Shown here piece by piece: positions 31,140-42,847 of a DNA stretch of 64,000 nucleotides. Under the pieces are notes generated by a model. That model was not told the DNA's origin, did no database searches, and saw nothing but the letters and a program-made list of their open reading frames with translations. Both the position numbers and the translations under genes were made by a program. The stretch lies in assembly GCF_006345805.1 (NCBI RefSeq), contig NC_042998.1, positions 116,436,001 through 116,500,000 of the forward strand. Direction: 5' to 3'. This DNA comes from Octopus sinensis (Eukaryota). Within the stretch, counting starts at the first letter, position 1. Every line of letters starts with the position of its first letter.

Positions 31140-33400
31140 ACCATGTGTGTATGTGCTTGTGTGTGTGCGTGTGTATGTGAGTGTGTGTGTGTATGTGTGT
31201 GAGTGTGTTTAGTATCGGAAAGTAGTGTTAAAGAAAAAGAGGGAAAGGAGGAAAAGGGAGAGAAAGAAGAAAAACAATGTTGATCTCTTTGCAGCTGGTC
31301 AGGTTGGCAATAATAATCGACTGTTTACTCCAAGAGGGGCAAAATGGCACTTTTCAAAAAATTGTTTGTATTCGGTTTTTATCATTGTCCTGTGATAAAG
31401 TAGGTGTGTGTATGTATGTGCACGCGATTGAGTGTGTGTGTATGTGTGTGTGTTCTCGTATGTGAAAGATGTGTTAAAAAGGAAAAGTGAGAGAAAGAAG
31501 AAAAACAAATGTTTGTTGGTTTCTTTATAGCTGGTCAAATTATTAATAACAATCAGTCCTTGGCTTTTAGCAATGGTCAAAGTAGCTGGGGATGGGGCAA
31601 AAAGTAAATTTTTAAAAAATTGTCTGCATTTCCTTTTTATAATTGTCTTGTGAGAGTGTGTGTGTGTGTGTGTGCGTGTTTGTATGAGGGTGTCTGTGTA
31701 TCTGAAAGAAGTATTAAATGGGGGAAAAGAAAAAGAAAAAGACAAAAAGTGTTTATATTTTTGCAACTGTAAATGATTTTTGTCTTTTAGAATTTGGCCA
31801 CGTCAAGGAGGGTATAATGTCACCTTCTCAAAAAATTGTCTGGTTTTCTTTTTATGATTGTTTTGTGGGAGTGTGTTGTTGTTTGTGTGTGTATGTGCGT
31901 GTGTGTGTGGGGTGCCTGTGAATTTGGAAGGGTGTCACTGGAGAAGTGAAGAAAGAAGGAAAAGGGGAAGAAGAAATAATTGTGCTCAGTTCTTTCAATC
32001 CAATGTTTGATTCCTCTGCTCACATGGGTGGAGAATCTGGATTAAAGATTGTTTTTATTTAAGTACATGTACATATGTATAGTACTGTGTGTGTGCGTTT
32101 AATACAGTTTACTTTACAAATTTGGTCCTTCATCGAGTACAACTTATAGAAGTATTTGCAACCATTCAATTTGGGGGAGACCTTAGTTATGAAGTATTTT
32201 TCCAAATTCCTCCTGAAGGAGGTGTCATTCTTTGGACATTTGTAGGAGGGAATAATCTTAAATTTTCCTTCTCCACATATGTCTAGGTGTTTACTCAGTG
32301 GTATCTTGCACACTTCCTCCTGTCGAACATCTTGTCGGTGAATTCTGGCTCGTTGGCATAAAGAATTTCCAGTTTCACCTATATAATCCTCCTTGCATGT
32401 GGGGCAGGTTATGCGGTATATTACGTTCTACGTCTTGCAGTTCATATCTGCATTTACTTTGAATATGTGACCACTCTTTATTTTCATTTGTTTGTCTCCC
32501 TCTATATATTTCTAGGTGGGGTTACTGCAGATCCTACATCTACCATCTCCGCACTCTTTTACAAATAATTCAGTTTCTGTTTCTGATGAGAATTTCGCTC
32601 TTGTTAGTTGTTTCTTCAGGTTTTTGTCTTGTCGTCTACAGTTTTTTATGCAATATTTGTGTACTATGTTTTCCATTTTGGAGGACTATTTGTACGACTA
32701 TTGGTAGGTTTGAATGTATGATTTGAAACATGTTGGTAACTCCAGGGTTGTGTGTGTTAATGAAAGAGATAATGTCTTCTTTATTTTTCGTTTTTGAGGT
32801 TCTGAGTTGTGTGTTGTCCAGTTTCATTGCTCTTGAGATTCCATTTTTAATAGTTTAAGGGGGTATTCTTGTTCTTGTATGAAGTTTTTAAGTTCATCTA
32901 GTCTTATTTGGCGTGTTTGTGAGTTAGTTACTGTGCTGCATATGCGTCTTGCCATGCTATATGGGATGTTTCTGTTTATGTGGGATGGGTGGAAGGAGTA
33001 GAAATTTAAATATTGGTGTGTGTCGGTTTTTTTGTAGTGGATGTTTGTTGTGATGATGGAGTTCTGTACCTTGATGTTGATGTCTAGGAAGGGAAGTTCG
33101 TTGTGGTTGGTTTCTATTGTGAAGTTGATAGATGGGTGCATTGTCTTGCGGATGTTGTGGAATGTTCGTAAATCTTCTGATCTTTTCCAAAAGATGAAGC
33201 AGTTATCGAGGTAGCGTTTCCACTTTTCTTAATGTCTTCTCTGAAGTCGATTTCAAAGACTTTTCCTATTTCATCGTATAGTTTGTTCTCAAGGAAATGT
33301 ATCACCAGGTTGGCATATGAAGGTGCGATATTTGTACCCATAGCCGTGTCCTTTATCTGTCGGTATGTCTTGTTGTTGAATGAGAATGTGTTTTCTTCAA

Positions 33401-33402
<2 letters not shown>
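31140..33402 (-). mobile_element. Degenerate Penelope-like element (RT + GIY-YIG) with tandemly repeated 3' region
   Basis: Frameshifted pieces ILEENTFSFNNKTYRQIKDTAMGTNIAPSYANL, RYLDNCFIFW, ELPFLDI..HYKKTDTHQYLNF..HPSHINRNIPYSMARRIC, VIYRITCPTCKEDYIGETG, IPLSKHLDICG. It is collinear with the 21607-23020 element, and its 5' end abuts (TA)n at 33403-33460. Confidence 0.92.
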
Positions 33403-33463
<61 letters not shown>

Positions 33464-33509
33464 ATTTCGACACATACTTAAGAAATGATCCTTAAAAGAA
33501 TGTATATGT

Positions 33510-33541
<32 letters not shown>

Positions 33542-33604
33542 ATGGGGGGAGAGAGCTAGATGAAAAAGAGAAAAGATATTTTCTACTCTAGGCACAAGGC
33601 AAGG

Positions 33605-33788
33605 TTTTGGGGAGGAAGTCAGTCGATTAGATTGACCCCCGTACAAAACTGGTACTTAATCTATCGACTTCGAAAGGATGAAGGACAAAGTCGACCTCGG
33701 CGGAATTTGAATTCAAGACATAATAACATTCGAAATACAGTTAAGCATTTCGCCCGGCCACGTGCTATCTTTCTGCCACCTGGCCGCC
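33605..33788 (-). mobile_element. SINE (same family)
   Basis: ctggtacttaatctatcgac...aaggatgaaggacaaagtcgacctcggcggaatttgaa...ggccgcc. Confidence 0.85.
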
Positions 33789-34989
33789 TTGGAGAGAGAG
33801 AAGATATTGGGAATAAACAAGATATATATATACAAACACATACCACATAAATGTAAGCAGATTCGCACAGAAACACCCTGCTAAACATATTTACGAATGT
33901 AGAATATAATATAAAGGATTCCAAGTAGGAAACAAACTTCTTTACAGTTCAAAATTTTACTGCAGACATATTAACAGGAATAAACAAAGAAACTATCTTG
34001 GGAATTAAAAGGTGTTGAATATTAATGAATTTATTCCCGTTGCTCTGTACAAAATAGCTTTCATCTTTTATCTGATGCCATTTCTCTTCACTAACAAAGT
34101 AGCGGTATTTGGTTATGAATCAATCACAATATCTTTAGTAGGGCGGCTATAAAGGAAGCATTCTTGCGTTGCTCGATTATGTCCCTTCCTGCATTTCTAG
34201 CAAATATTGCTAGAAAGAACATTATGTTTTATTCACGTAGCTTCGATTAATTGTAAACTAAATTATCTAAATAACTATTAATTTTCGAATTTATATAATT
34301 ACTCATACAATCGATGATAAAATCGAGAACAAGTTTCTTAAATATACTGTTACAACTACCAATTTTCAGTATTCGATTTCACTTTAGTTAATATTGTATT
34401 AATAATTTCGTCTGGGAATCAAATAATTAAATCTGGCGAACACAAACGCTTCATATCTTTTCACGTTTTTGAGTATACATTTATTGAAATTCAGCTGAAT
34501 TATCTGAACATTTTTATATGAATAGGAAACTTGTATAGGAGGGCTATTTCAGGCAGTTGTATTATTTCTGAGAAAATAGGAACGACAGCCCGTTTATCGC
34601 AATGGTTGGAGCAACTACGATTGGGCAATAGACATTAACAAACACAAATATAACCACATATTGCAAAGAATGCTGGATACACTGATTTAAATATACACAT
34701 ACAGATCACACACACACACAGACATGCATCATGCATATTTATATGTATGTATGTATGTATGCATGCATGTATGTAAGTATGTATGTATGTATGTATGTAT
34801 GTATGTATGTAGGTGTGTATGCACTGCATAGATTTTGGAATAGTTTTTTTTCTAAATGCTTTAGTAAGGATATAATGTGTGGAATGTCAGGTATATATTG
34901 TGAAAATAGAATTATGTTTAACGTAATCGTTTATTTTAACTTCTATTACAGTGAACATAGTATTTAAAATAAATTAACATTTGTGGAAC

Positions 34990-35027
<38 letters not shown>

Positions 35028-36646
35028 ATACAATATAACAAGGGTATTTTCATTCTGTATCATGGCAAAATAGATCTGATTCTACGCAGTGTAGTACCTA
35101 AGTGGAGAAATCAAGAATGGTTTTCTTTATATTTGACCAAGTCATCAATTAAAATTCTGTCGTCTTTCCTAAAGTATAATGTGTCCCACATACTTACCGA
35201 GGGGATGGAGGTAAGCTAAATTAGGTCAAATGTTATGTGCTCCATTTACACGTTTTAAATAATGTGTATGAAGAATGTAATATATTCATAATTTTGTTAT
35301 ACTATATATTATCATTATGTATCTCACCAGAACTCTTCAATCTTTCAATCTTTCAGTAGAATACAAATACATTTTATTATTTTCCCTATAAACGTCCTCA
35401 GAGTTAGCTGAATCATGCAACACCACGTAGCTATTTATTGGATACCACTATACGTTCAACCATAAACGGTATAATAGTATAGGACTATTTTAGACTTCTA
35501 GCTGTAAAAGATGACACTTTTATTCATTTTCTAATTTGATGGAGAGAATATCAGTCATGTATATACTGTAGAGGAATTTGATTAAATCATTTTTCTTTTT
35601 TTTTTTTGTATTGCTACCACAGGTCAACTTCTCTGTGAATGATTTACATTTATTTCCTTGAACATTTATATTTCTATCAATAACTCAGCTATTTTCGGTT
35701 TATTTATTTAACTTAGCACATTTCTCTTTTTCTTTTGTAATTTTATTAATAGATTGTCTGTGCTCTTAGCTATTAAAGAAAAAATATATTAAGTTTTATT
35801 AATTTGGGAATCCTTAAGAAAGTAGATATATATTTTGGATGACATTCTCTGTATAATATACGTATAATAACTCATAATATTGCTTCTTTCTTTTGACACA
35901 GAAGATCTGTACGTTAGTTCAGGGCAGAAGCTAACATCTCCCGATGGAGTTTGTTTCAAAGGGCATTTAAATTTTAACACCTTTTTCTGTGAAAATGACA
36001 GTCATATATACATTTAATTGCTCCCTGCATTCTTTTAAAATATCTTTTCGGTTGCTGATACACAAATTTTAAACAAATGAATAACATGATTATTGCAACT
36101 CGAATTATGTTTGATCATTGGATGATTGTAATACACTGAAGTACTCAATTTCGTTTTGTATTTTAAAAGATAGAAATCTATATTTTGAATTGAAAGACTG
36201 AGTTCACTTGATTGACCCTACTACAGTGTATCCATCTATATCTAATTTCATTGTCGTCACAATAAAGGAAAAATTTATAACAGCGTCAATTTATTGCAGA
36301 AGCTATTACAGAGTGCATTTTATTTAAACAAACCGTTCTACTTAACTAATATGAATAAGAATTTCTTTCTGCAAATGATATTGAAGAATTATAAATAACA
36401 GATATATGAAAAGAAAAACATTAGCTACGTAAATTATAAATTACACAAACTAGGAATGGATATAAAATGATGGACTGCGGCTGTAAGCTATTATCATCAT
36501 ATCGTTTGCTGTGGCACATCTTCATTACAAATATATCGTCATTCTGCATATCAGGAACACATTGTACAAGGTTTTCTTCACTTACAATTTCAATGCAGTG
36601 TGCTATTGGTTTCAAATTTTGGCGGAAAATCAACAATGTCGTTGGT

Positions 36647-36801
36647 GGGGCACGGCGATTATATCGACCCCAGTGCTCAACTGGTACTTATTTTATCGAC
36701 CCTAAAATGATGAAAGGTATAGTCGATCTCGGCTGAATTTGAATTCAAGGTGGGACAAAATAATTCTACTGGCATGTTGACAATTCTTCCAGCTAGCCGC
36801 C
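36647..36801 (-). mobile_element. SINE (same family, inverted copy)
   Basis: Reverse complement reads ggcggctagctggaagaa...gaattcaaattcagccgagatcgact...aagtaccagttgagcactggggtcgatataatc. Confidence 0.85.
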
Positions 36802-37136
36802 TTACTACATTGTGATATTAAGAAGTGTACTCTATAGCAGGATAAAAAATAAAACAAACACAACGAAGGGATTCACATGAACCTATACATTCTACGGGAA
36901 ACCAAAAGCTTTAGAAAACCAACAGATCCACCAACAAAAAGACATGAAGATACGATTATAGAAAGCGCAAATAATTCAATACCTGATATAGAGAGATACA
37001 TTAAGTGGGGAAAATGTTATTTCTCATGAAAATTTCAGATGTCTATATTTAAATTATTACACTTGATATTTTCTCCCTGTCAGAGAATCGTCAGTTTTTA
37101 CCATCTGAGTTCTCGCATTATTTATAACATAGCAAA

Positions 37137-37288
37137 GGCGGCAAGCTGGCAGAATCGTTAGTATACTGAGGGAAATGCTTAGTGGTATTTCGCTTGTCGC
37201 TATAATCTGAGTTCAAATTCTGCCGAGGTCGACTTTATATTTCATCCTTTCAGGGTCAATAAACACTGGGGTCGATGTAGTCGACTGT
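37137..37288 (+). mobile_element. SINE (ggcggc.agctggcagaa family)
   Basis: gagttcaaattctgccgaggtcgacttt...tttcatccttt...cactggggtcgatgta; same family as 8985, 33605 and 36647. Confidence 0.85.
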
Positions 37289-37959
37289 CAGGTATTTTGT
37301 ATTTGAACGATAGAAGTTGATTGTTATTAATGTAAGGTGGGCTGCGATTTATCGAGGAAGGTCACGCGGTGTCATGGTTTGATGTTGGCATATAGGTAAC
37401 AATTAGATGGAATATAGCGCAGGTCGAACAGGAAATTGATCACGTAGATAAGAGGAAATAGAGCACGTAATTATTATAAATCGGTCAGATTATTGGGGGC
37501 AGTAGGAAGGGGTGGCATGTGCAAAAGCTCTGATAGTTTTCCGTGCATTTGCCTTCTGAGGAGCACACACACATGCATATTCATTCATATGTAGATGCAT
37601 GCGGATATACGCATAAACATATGCGTGTATGTGTATACCTGTGTGTGTATGCTTGTGTATGTGTGCGCGTGTGCTGACGCGTGTGCCGTCCATGTACAGA
37701 TCCGCACACTCGCATCAATATATACAGGCACACAAAACTATATGAGAGGATCAGTACACCCACATATAGAACTCATTTGATCCATATATAAATATATATA
37801 TATATATATAGATAAGAAAGTTGGTTTGTGAAAGCACGTGGTTGAATATATAGAAAATAGTAAAAAGTGAAAAAACTACAGAAGGCTTAAAGGTTAAAAA
37901 TATATATATATTTGCGTCAATATGTCTGAAGAATATTAAAAAAAAATTTCTTACAATGA

Positions 37960-38495
37960 CATAATTTAGAAGAAAGACCGGTTTCGCGTTTAGCTTTTCA
38001 AATTTCTTGCGACGTTATGTTTATCTTGAACAGAGTTATCTTTATGTTTATGTTTAAAAGAGTTCTAAATAAGGAGAGGTAATGAGTGATTTCTTCCGGT
38101 GTAAGGGAGATAATCGCTTAAATTTTTTTTTTTTCCTTTCCCTTGGTGTGAATTTCTCTGTATCAGTATGTTGGCATGGTTAAGTCTGGGCTTGTACTTT
38201 TCAATGAAGAATGTTTCCTTGTTTAGTCTAATTTGTATTGATGATCCGATAGCACATTGGTAAAATGGAAAGATTAAAGATTGTGGTAGTAGTTGCTTTG
38301 CGCACTTCTCAATGTGCTCACTAAAAGGTATAATTCTGTATTCTGGGAATGCAATCTGTTGTCGATTCAGTGTGCATCTCCGTCTGAGTGATAGTCCCGT
38401 GGATCCCACGTAGTCTTGGTGGCAGCCCGAGCATTTTATGACATAAATTATGTTTTCAGAGGCACAATTAAAGTTAGATTTGATCAACGCGAAAG
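37960..38495 (-). mobile_element. Penelope-like 3' fragment (GIY-YIG domain plus 3' tail)
   Basis: ORF 38065-38487: NIIYVIKCSGCHQDYVGSTG...RQQI..PEYRIIPFSEHIEKC...RLNKETFFIEKYKPRLN. Confidence 0.88.
37970..38008 (-). ncRNA. Variant or decayed hammerhead motif at the Penelope 3' end
   Basis: aagaaa t UUGAAAA gc-taaac-gc GAAA ccgg UC^ tttctt. Stem III is the palindrome ACCGGT; stem I is 6 bp but offset by one extra U; stem II is only 2 bp; the core reads U3/A8. Confidence 0.4.
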
Positions 38496-38696
38496 ATCAA
38501 CAACTGTATTTTCATATACAGATATTTCTTAAATCAAGCGCTTCTGCTTTACAAGTAGAAGACATATTGGAAAACGTTGGTGGGAAAACAGAAGGGAGCC
38601 GTGGAGAGCTTTGAGTAATATATATTCGATTATATATATATACACACAGAGACACAAACACACACACAAACATATATATATATATATATATAATAT

Positions 38697-38742
<46 letters not shown>

Positions 38743-38759
38743 TATATATATATATATGA

Positions 38760-38945
38760 TAAATCCAAAAGAAAACGATCAAACTCGAAAAAACAACAAC
38801 GCAAGGACGTGGTACATGTAAAGTATTAACACACAGTCAGGGAAGGAAAGAAAGATGGTTCTACGTTTCGAACAAACTTTTCTTCAGAAACAGAGGAACG
38901 TCCAAGAGAAAAGCAGACGGAGGAAAATATCGACAGTCGCAAATA
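38760..38945 (-). mobile_element. Second copy of the short hammerhead-carrying element
   Basis: The reverse complement aligns by eye with 41535-41730. Hammerhead at 38858-38891: gttt CUGAAGA aaagtttgttc GAAA cg UA^ gaac, with stem II disrupted. Confidence 0.6.
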
Positions 38946-39810
38946 TAGTCTGTCTAATAAGAAAGAGCAAGAAAATACATCATGAACTAATTTATATATA
39001 TGCAACGGAAGTCAGTCAGAGGCGAATTTTCGATGCCTTACCTATGGCAACCAAATTGTTGAATGTTTACTTTGCGTGAATGCCTAAGAATGTGATACAC
39101 GATTTCCAAGTGGAGTGGAGAGGAGAAAATATTATATATATAGTGTTATAGGTCTGTAATGTAAAAGTTATTACTCAAATATAGGATATGGCATAAACAA
39201 TGTCAACACATGTGAATGAGATTGTTAAGTATACTGTTGTTTCCGATGCGTAGCAAGAGTGTATGTGTGTGTGTGTGTGTGTTTGCAGGTTTTTGCGTAT
39301 TTGTGTATCTGTTTATATGTATGAGTGAGTTTATCTGAGTGTGTTTGTGCGTGTACTTTTCTGAGGTCACATCCTAGAACTAGGATCACCACTTCAAAAT
39401 GGGAAGGACCGGAATTGTCTACAGAGATAGTGCATGAATGCAGAAATCTTGGGTGTTAGTGACATTTGACGTTAATATTGTGAAAACAGCACTGTGGGGC
39501 CGATCGTCTGTGGGTCTCACATTCTGATATTCTTTCTTAAGAAACTCGGATGATGTTACATGTGTATGGCATATATTTACGTACATAATGATATTTTGCT
39601 AACTGTAATTCCATTCTCATCTGTTTCATATTCTTTTATTCATATACTTGTTTCAGTCATTTGACTCCGTGTATATCAATATACACGAGCACCGTGTATA
39701 TCAATAAATATTGTAACGCTACTGTAAGTATATGACTGTTAGATCAGTAGATGATATATGAGTGAGTAGATAAGATAGCAAAATGATTGTGAAATTCTTT
39801 AAAAGTAAAA

Positions 39811-40095
39811 ATTTGGCGACGTACAGTAACAGAGGGAATACAAAAGAGTGACAGAGAGAGAACGGAGAAATGGAAAGAAAGGAAGAGACGTAAACAAGAG
39901 ACTATGGCACTACAACCAGCCAGGAACAGTCATCGCTACATTTGCGGTACCTGCCAGAGGGAGTGTTTGTCCAGGATAGGACTACACAGCCACAGCAGGA
40001 AATGTATCAGGACATGAAATATAAAAGCCGGACTAGACTACTTCATGCGCCACTCAATTGTCTCCCGAGACAGAAAGGATGCCAATACAATACAA
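39811..40095 (+). mobile_element. RTE-clade LINE 3' end
   Basis: IWRRTVTEGIQKSDRERTEKWKERKRRKQE...YICGTCQRECLSRIGLHSHSRKCIRT* (stop ends at 40017), then the short 3' UTR ...ttgtctcccgagacagaaaggatgccaa. Confidence 0.88.
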
Positions 40096-40264
40096 ATTTG
40101 CAGGCAAATCTATCTAAATTATACTATTATTAAGTCGTCGATATTCCATCAGTGATTCAACTAAATTTCGAGATATAATAAATTACGATCGAAAGAAACG
40201 TTTGAAATATATTAAATATACGCAGACACATACACACACACATACACACACACACACACACACC

Positions 40265-40297
<33 letters not shown>

Positions 40298-40479
40298 TAC
40301 AAAGAAACACACATAGAGGCACATATATATATATATAAACGTGTATATATATATATATGTAACAAAATCTGTTACTCTGAGTTTCTCGTTGCCGTTCATC
40401 AGACAATTTTTGCTAGAAACTCAGAGTAACAGTTTTTGTTGAATTTTCTGCTGCTTAAAATAAAGTATATATATATGTA

Positions 40480-40555
<76 letters not shown>

Positions 40556-40587
40556 ATATATAGATAGTTAGATAGATAGATAGATAG

Positions 40588-40657
<70 letters not shown>

Positions 40658-41438
40658 TAGATATAAATATATTTATATATATATATATATAACCCTTACA
40701 TGCATACATATATACGTTATATAGTTAGATGGAATAAATTGTTTTATCAGTTTTACAACAGATCATCCATAGTAAGATATTTTTTCCAAAGTTACGGTAA
40801 CGTACATGCCAATCAGTATATATTAATTTCATATGCTAGTCTAGCAATTATGTCATTATTTTCTGCTATATAATTATATTGTTTATAAATTTGTAAAATA
40901 TACTTAAAATTTAGAACATTATGGAACAGATATTGTAATTAGCATAACATTAGAAAATGCCAGAACAAACTTAATCCAATATAACGCGAAAATCATTAAG
41001 AATAATTAACTATTTTATTTTACTATTTTTGAGTTGACGATATATATTTAAATTTATAAAATTACTAAAAGAAATGAAAAACTGATAACACATAACATGT
41101 AGATAAATCTTTACAGACGTTCAAACTTACACACTAAATCGCCATCCCCTTCCCCATGTCATTCTCTCTGTCTGTCTCTCTCTCTCAGTATCTCTCTCTC
41201 ATACACTTACATAGCCACACAGGGACATATGTAAATGCAGTTAATTAATAAAGGAAGATTTAACAAATTCAAATGAGTCAACTTTTAACGATATCACCTT
41301 CTGATCTATTGCCATATACAACAATTATCTATGATAAATGTGAACCGCGGTTTAAATAGTTATAAATATCCATATTGAAATATAATATATGATATAATAT
41401 TATATAATATTATATTACATTAAATATATAATATAATA

Positions 41439-41483
<45 letters not shown>

Positions 41484-41534
41484 AATGTATATACATTCAC
41501 AATGTATATACATTCAAAATGTATATACATTCAA

Positions 41535-41724
41535 AATGTGAACGCGTGTGTACCGTTGGCGAATTTTTTTCCTGTGTCTTCCCTTCTCTGGATATTTCCA
41601 TCTCCTATGTTTCCGACGAAGAGCTCCGCTCGAAACGTTAAACCCTCCCTCTTCCCTTCCTTCCTGAGCGTCCAATAATACTATATTTGTTCTACGTCCT
41701 CGCGTTGTGTTTTCATGTTTGGAT

Positions 41725-41730
<6 letters not shown>
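41535..41730 (+). mobile_element. Short non-autonomous hammerhead-carrying element (Penelope pLTR-derived)
   Basis: About 190 bp, homologous to 38760-38945 on the opposite strand (shared ...GAAACGT.AAC..ct.cc.tcc.tcc.ga...cgtcct.gcgttgt). No ORF; flanked by TA/TG microsatellites. Confidence 0.65.
41609..41643 (+). ncRNA. Minimal type I hammerhead ribozyme
   Basis: gttt CCGACGA a gagc-tcc-gctc GAAA cg UU^ aaac. Stem I is 4 bp, stem II is 4 bp, stem III is the palindrome ACGT. The core has a U4C deviation. Confidence 0.65.
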
Positions 41731-41772
<42 letters not shown>

Positions 41773-41779
41773 ATATATA

Positions 41780-41821
<42 letters not shown>

Positions 41822-41826
41822 TGTGT

Positions 41827-42105
41827 GGAGGCACAATGGCCTAGTGGTTAGGGCAGTGGACTGCGGTCGTAGAATCGTGGTTTCGATTCCCAGATCGGTC
41901 GCTGTGAGTGTTTATTGAGCGAAAACACCTAAAGCTCCACGAGACTCCGACAGGGGGTGGTGTACTCTTTCGCCACAATTTTCTCTCACTCTTTCTTCTG
42001 TTACCAGCGGGGTGGCGTTATTTGAAAGCTAAAACAGTGCGAAGCGCATTGTGACCAGCGATGCGTAGCAACATCTGATAGCCTGGTCGGTCACGGTGAC
42101 GGTGA
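41827..42105 (+). mobile_element. tRNA-derived SINE
   Basis: Head ggaggcacaaTGGCCTAGTGGttagggcagtggac...GGTTTCGATTCCc with Pol III A and B boxes, followed by a non-tRNA body. Confidence 0.85.
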
Positions 42106-42139
42106 TATAAATAAACACACACACACACACACAGATATA

Positions 42140-42199
<60 letters not shown>

Positions 42200-42797
42200 C
42201 ATAGTTGAGATCAAAATTTTCTCCGTACCGAATGAACTTAGTATTGCTCAAGAGATTTAAACTTGAGCTGGTGTAGATGTAAATGTAGAGAAAGCAAGTT
42301 AAATCAATATATAATAAAATATTTTAAATACATGATTTTAACAAAAACATGGCCCGACTTGCACAGAACAGAAATGCCATGCAGAATTAAATAGGATGTG
42401 GAACAGTATTACAAACCCAACAGCAATTTCGTGGGTTTGGTAGTCCTTAATAATGTCTGTGGGATGATTCCGTCAAAGCATGAAACGATTCTCCGTCTCG
42501 GTGGTCCATAATAATGTTTGTAGTTTGATTCCATCATAGGATGAGACGAGCCTCTGTCTTCCAGAATCAATCAACAAACATTATTAAGAACCACCGAGCC
42601 TCAGAAACAGCGATCCAATTTGCAATATTGTTCCTACGCCTCTATAATTGACCATATCATTTCTATTTTGTGTAAGTCAGACCTGTTTTATGTATACATA
42701 TATATATTTTTTTATATTTCATGTATTTAATATACTTTATATATTGACCTGTCTAACTTATTTTCTCTACATTTACTTACACACACACACACACACG

Positions 42798-42847
<50 letters not shown>

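Noticed and set aside
41827-41900. tRNA gene
   Set aside because: A and B boxes are present but there is no acceptor-stem closure, and it continues into a SINE body.
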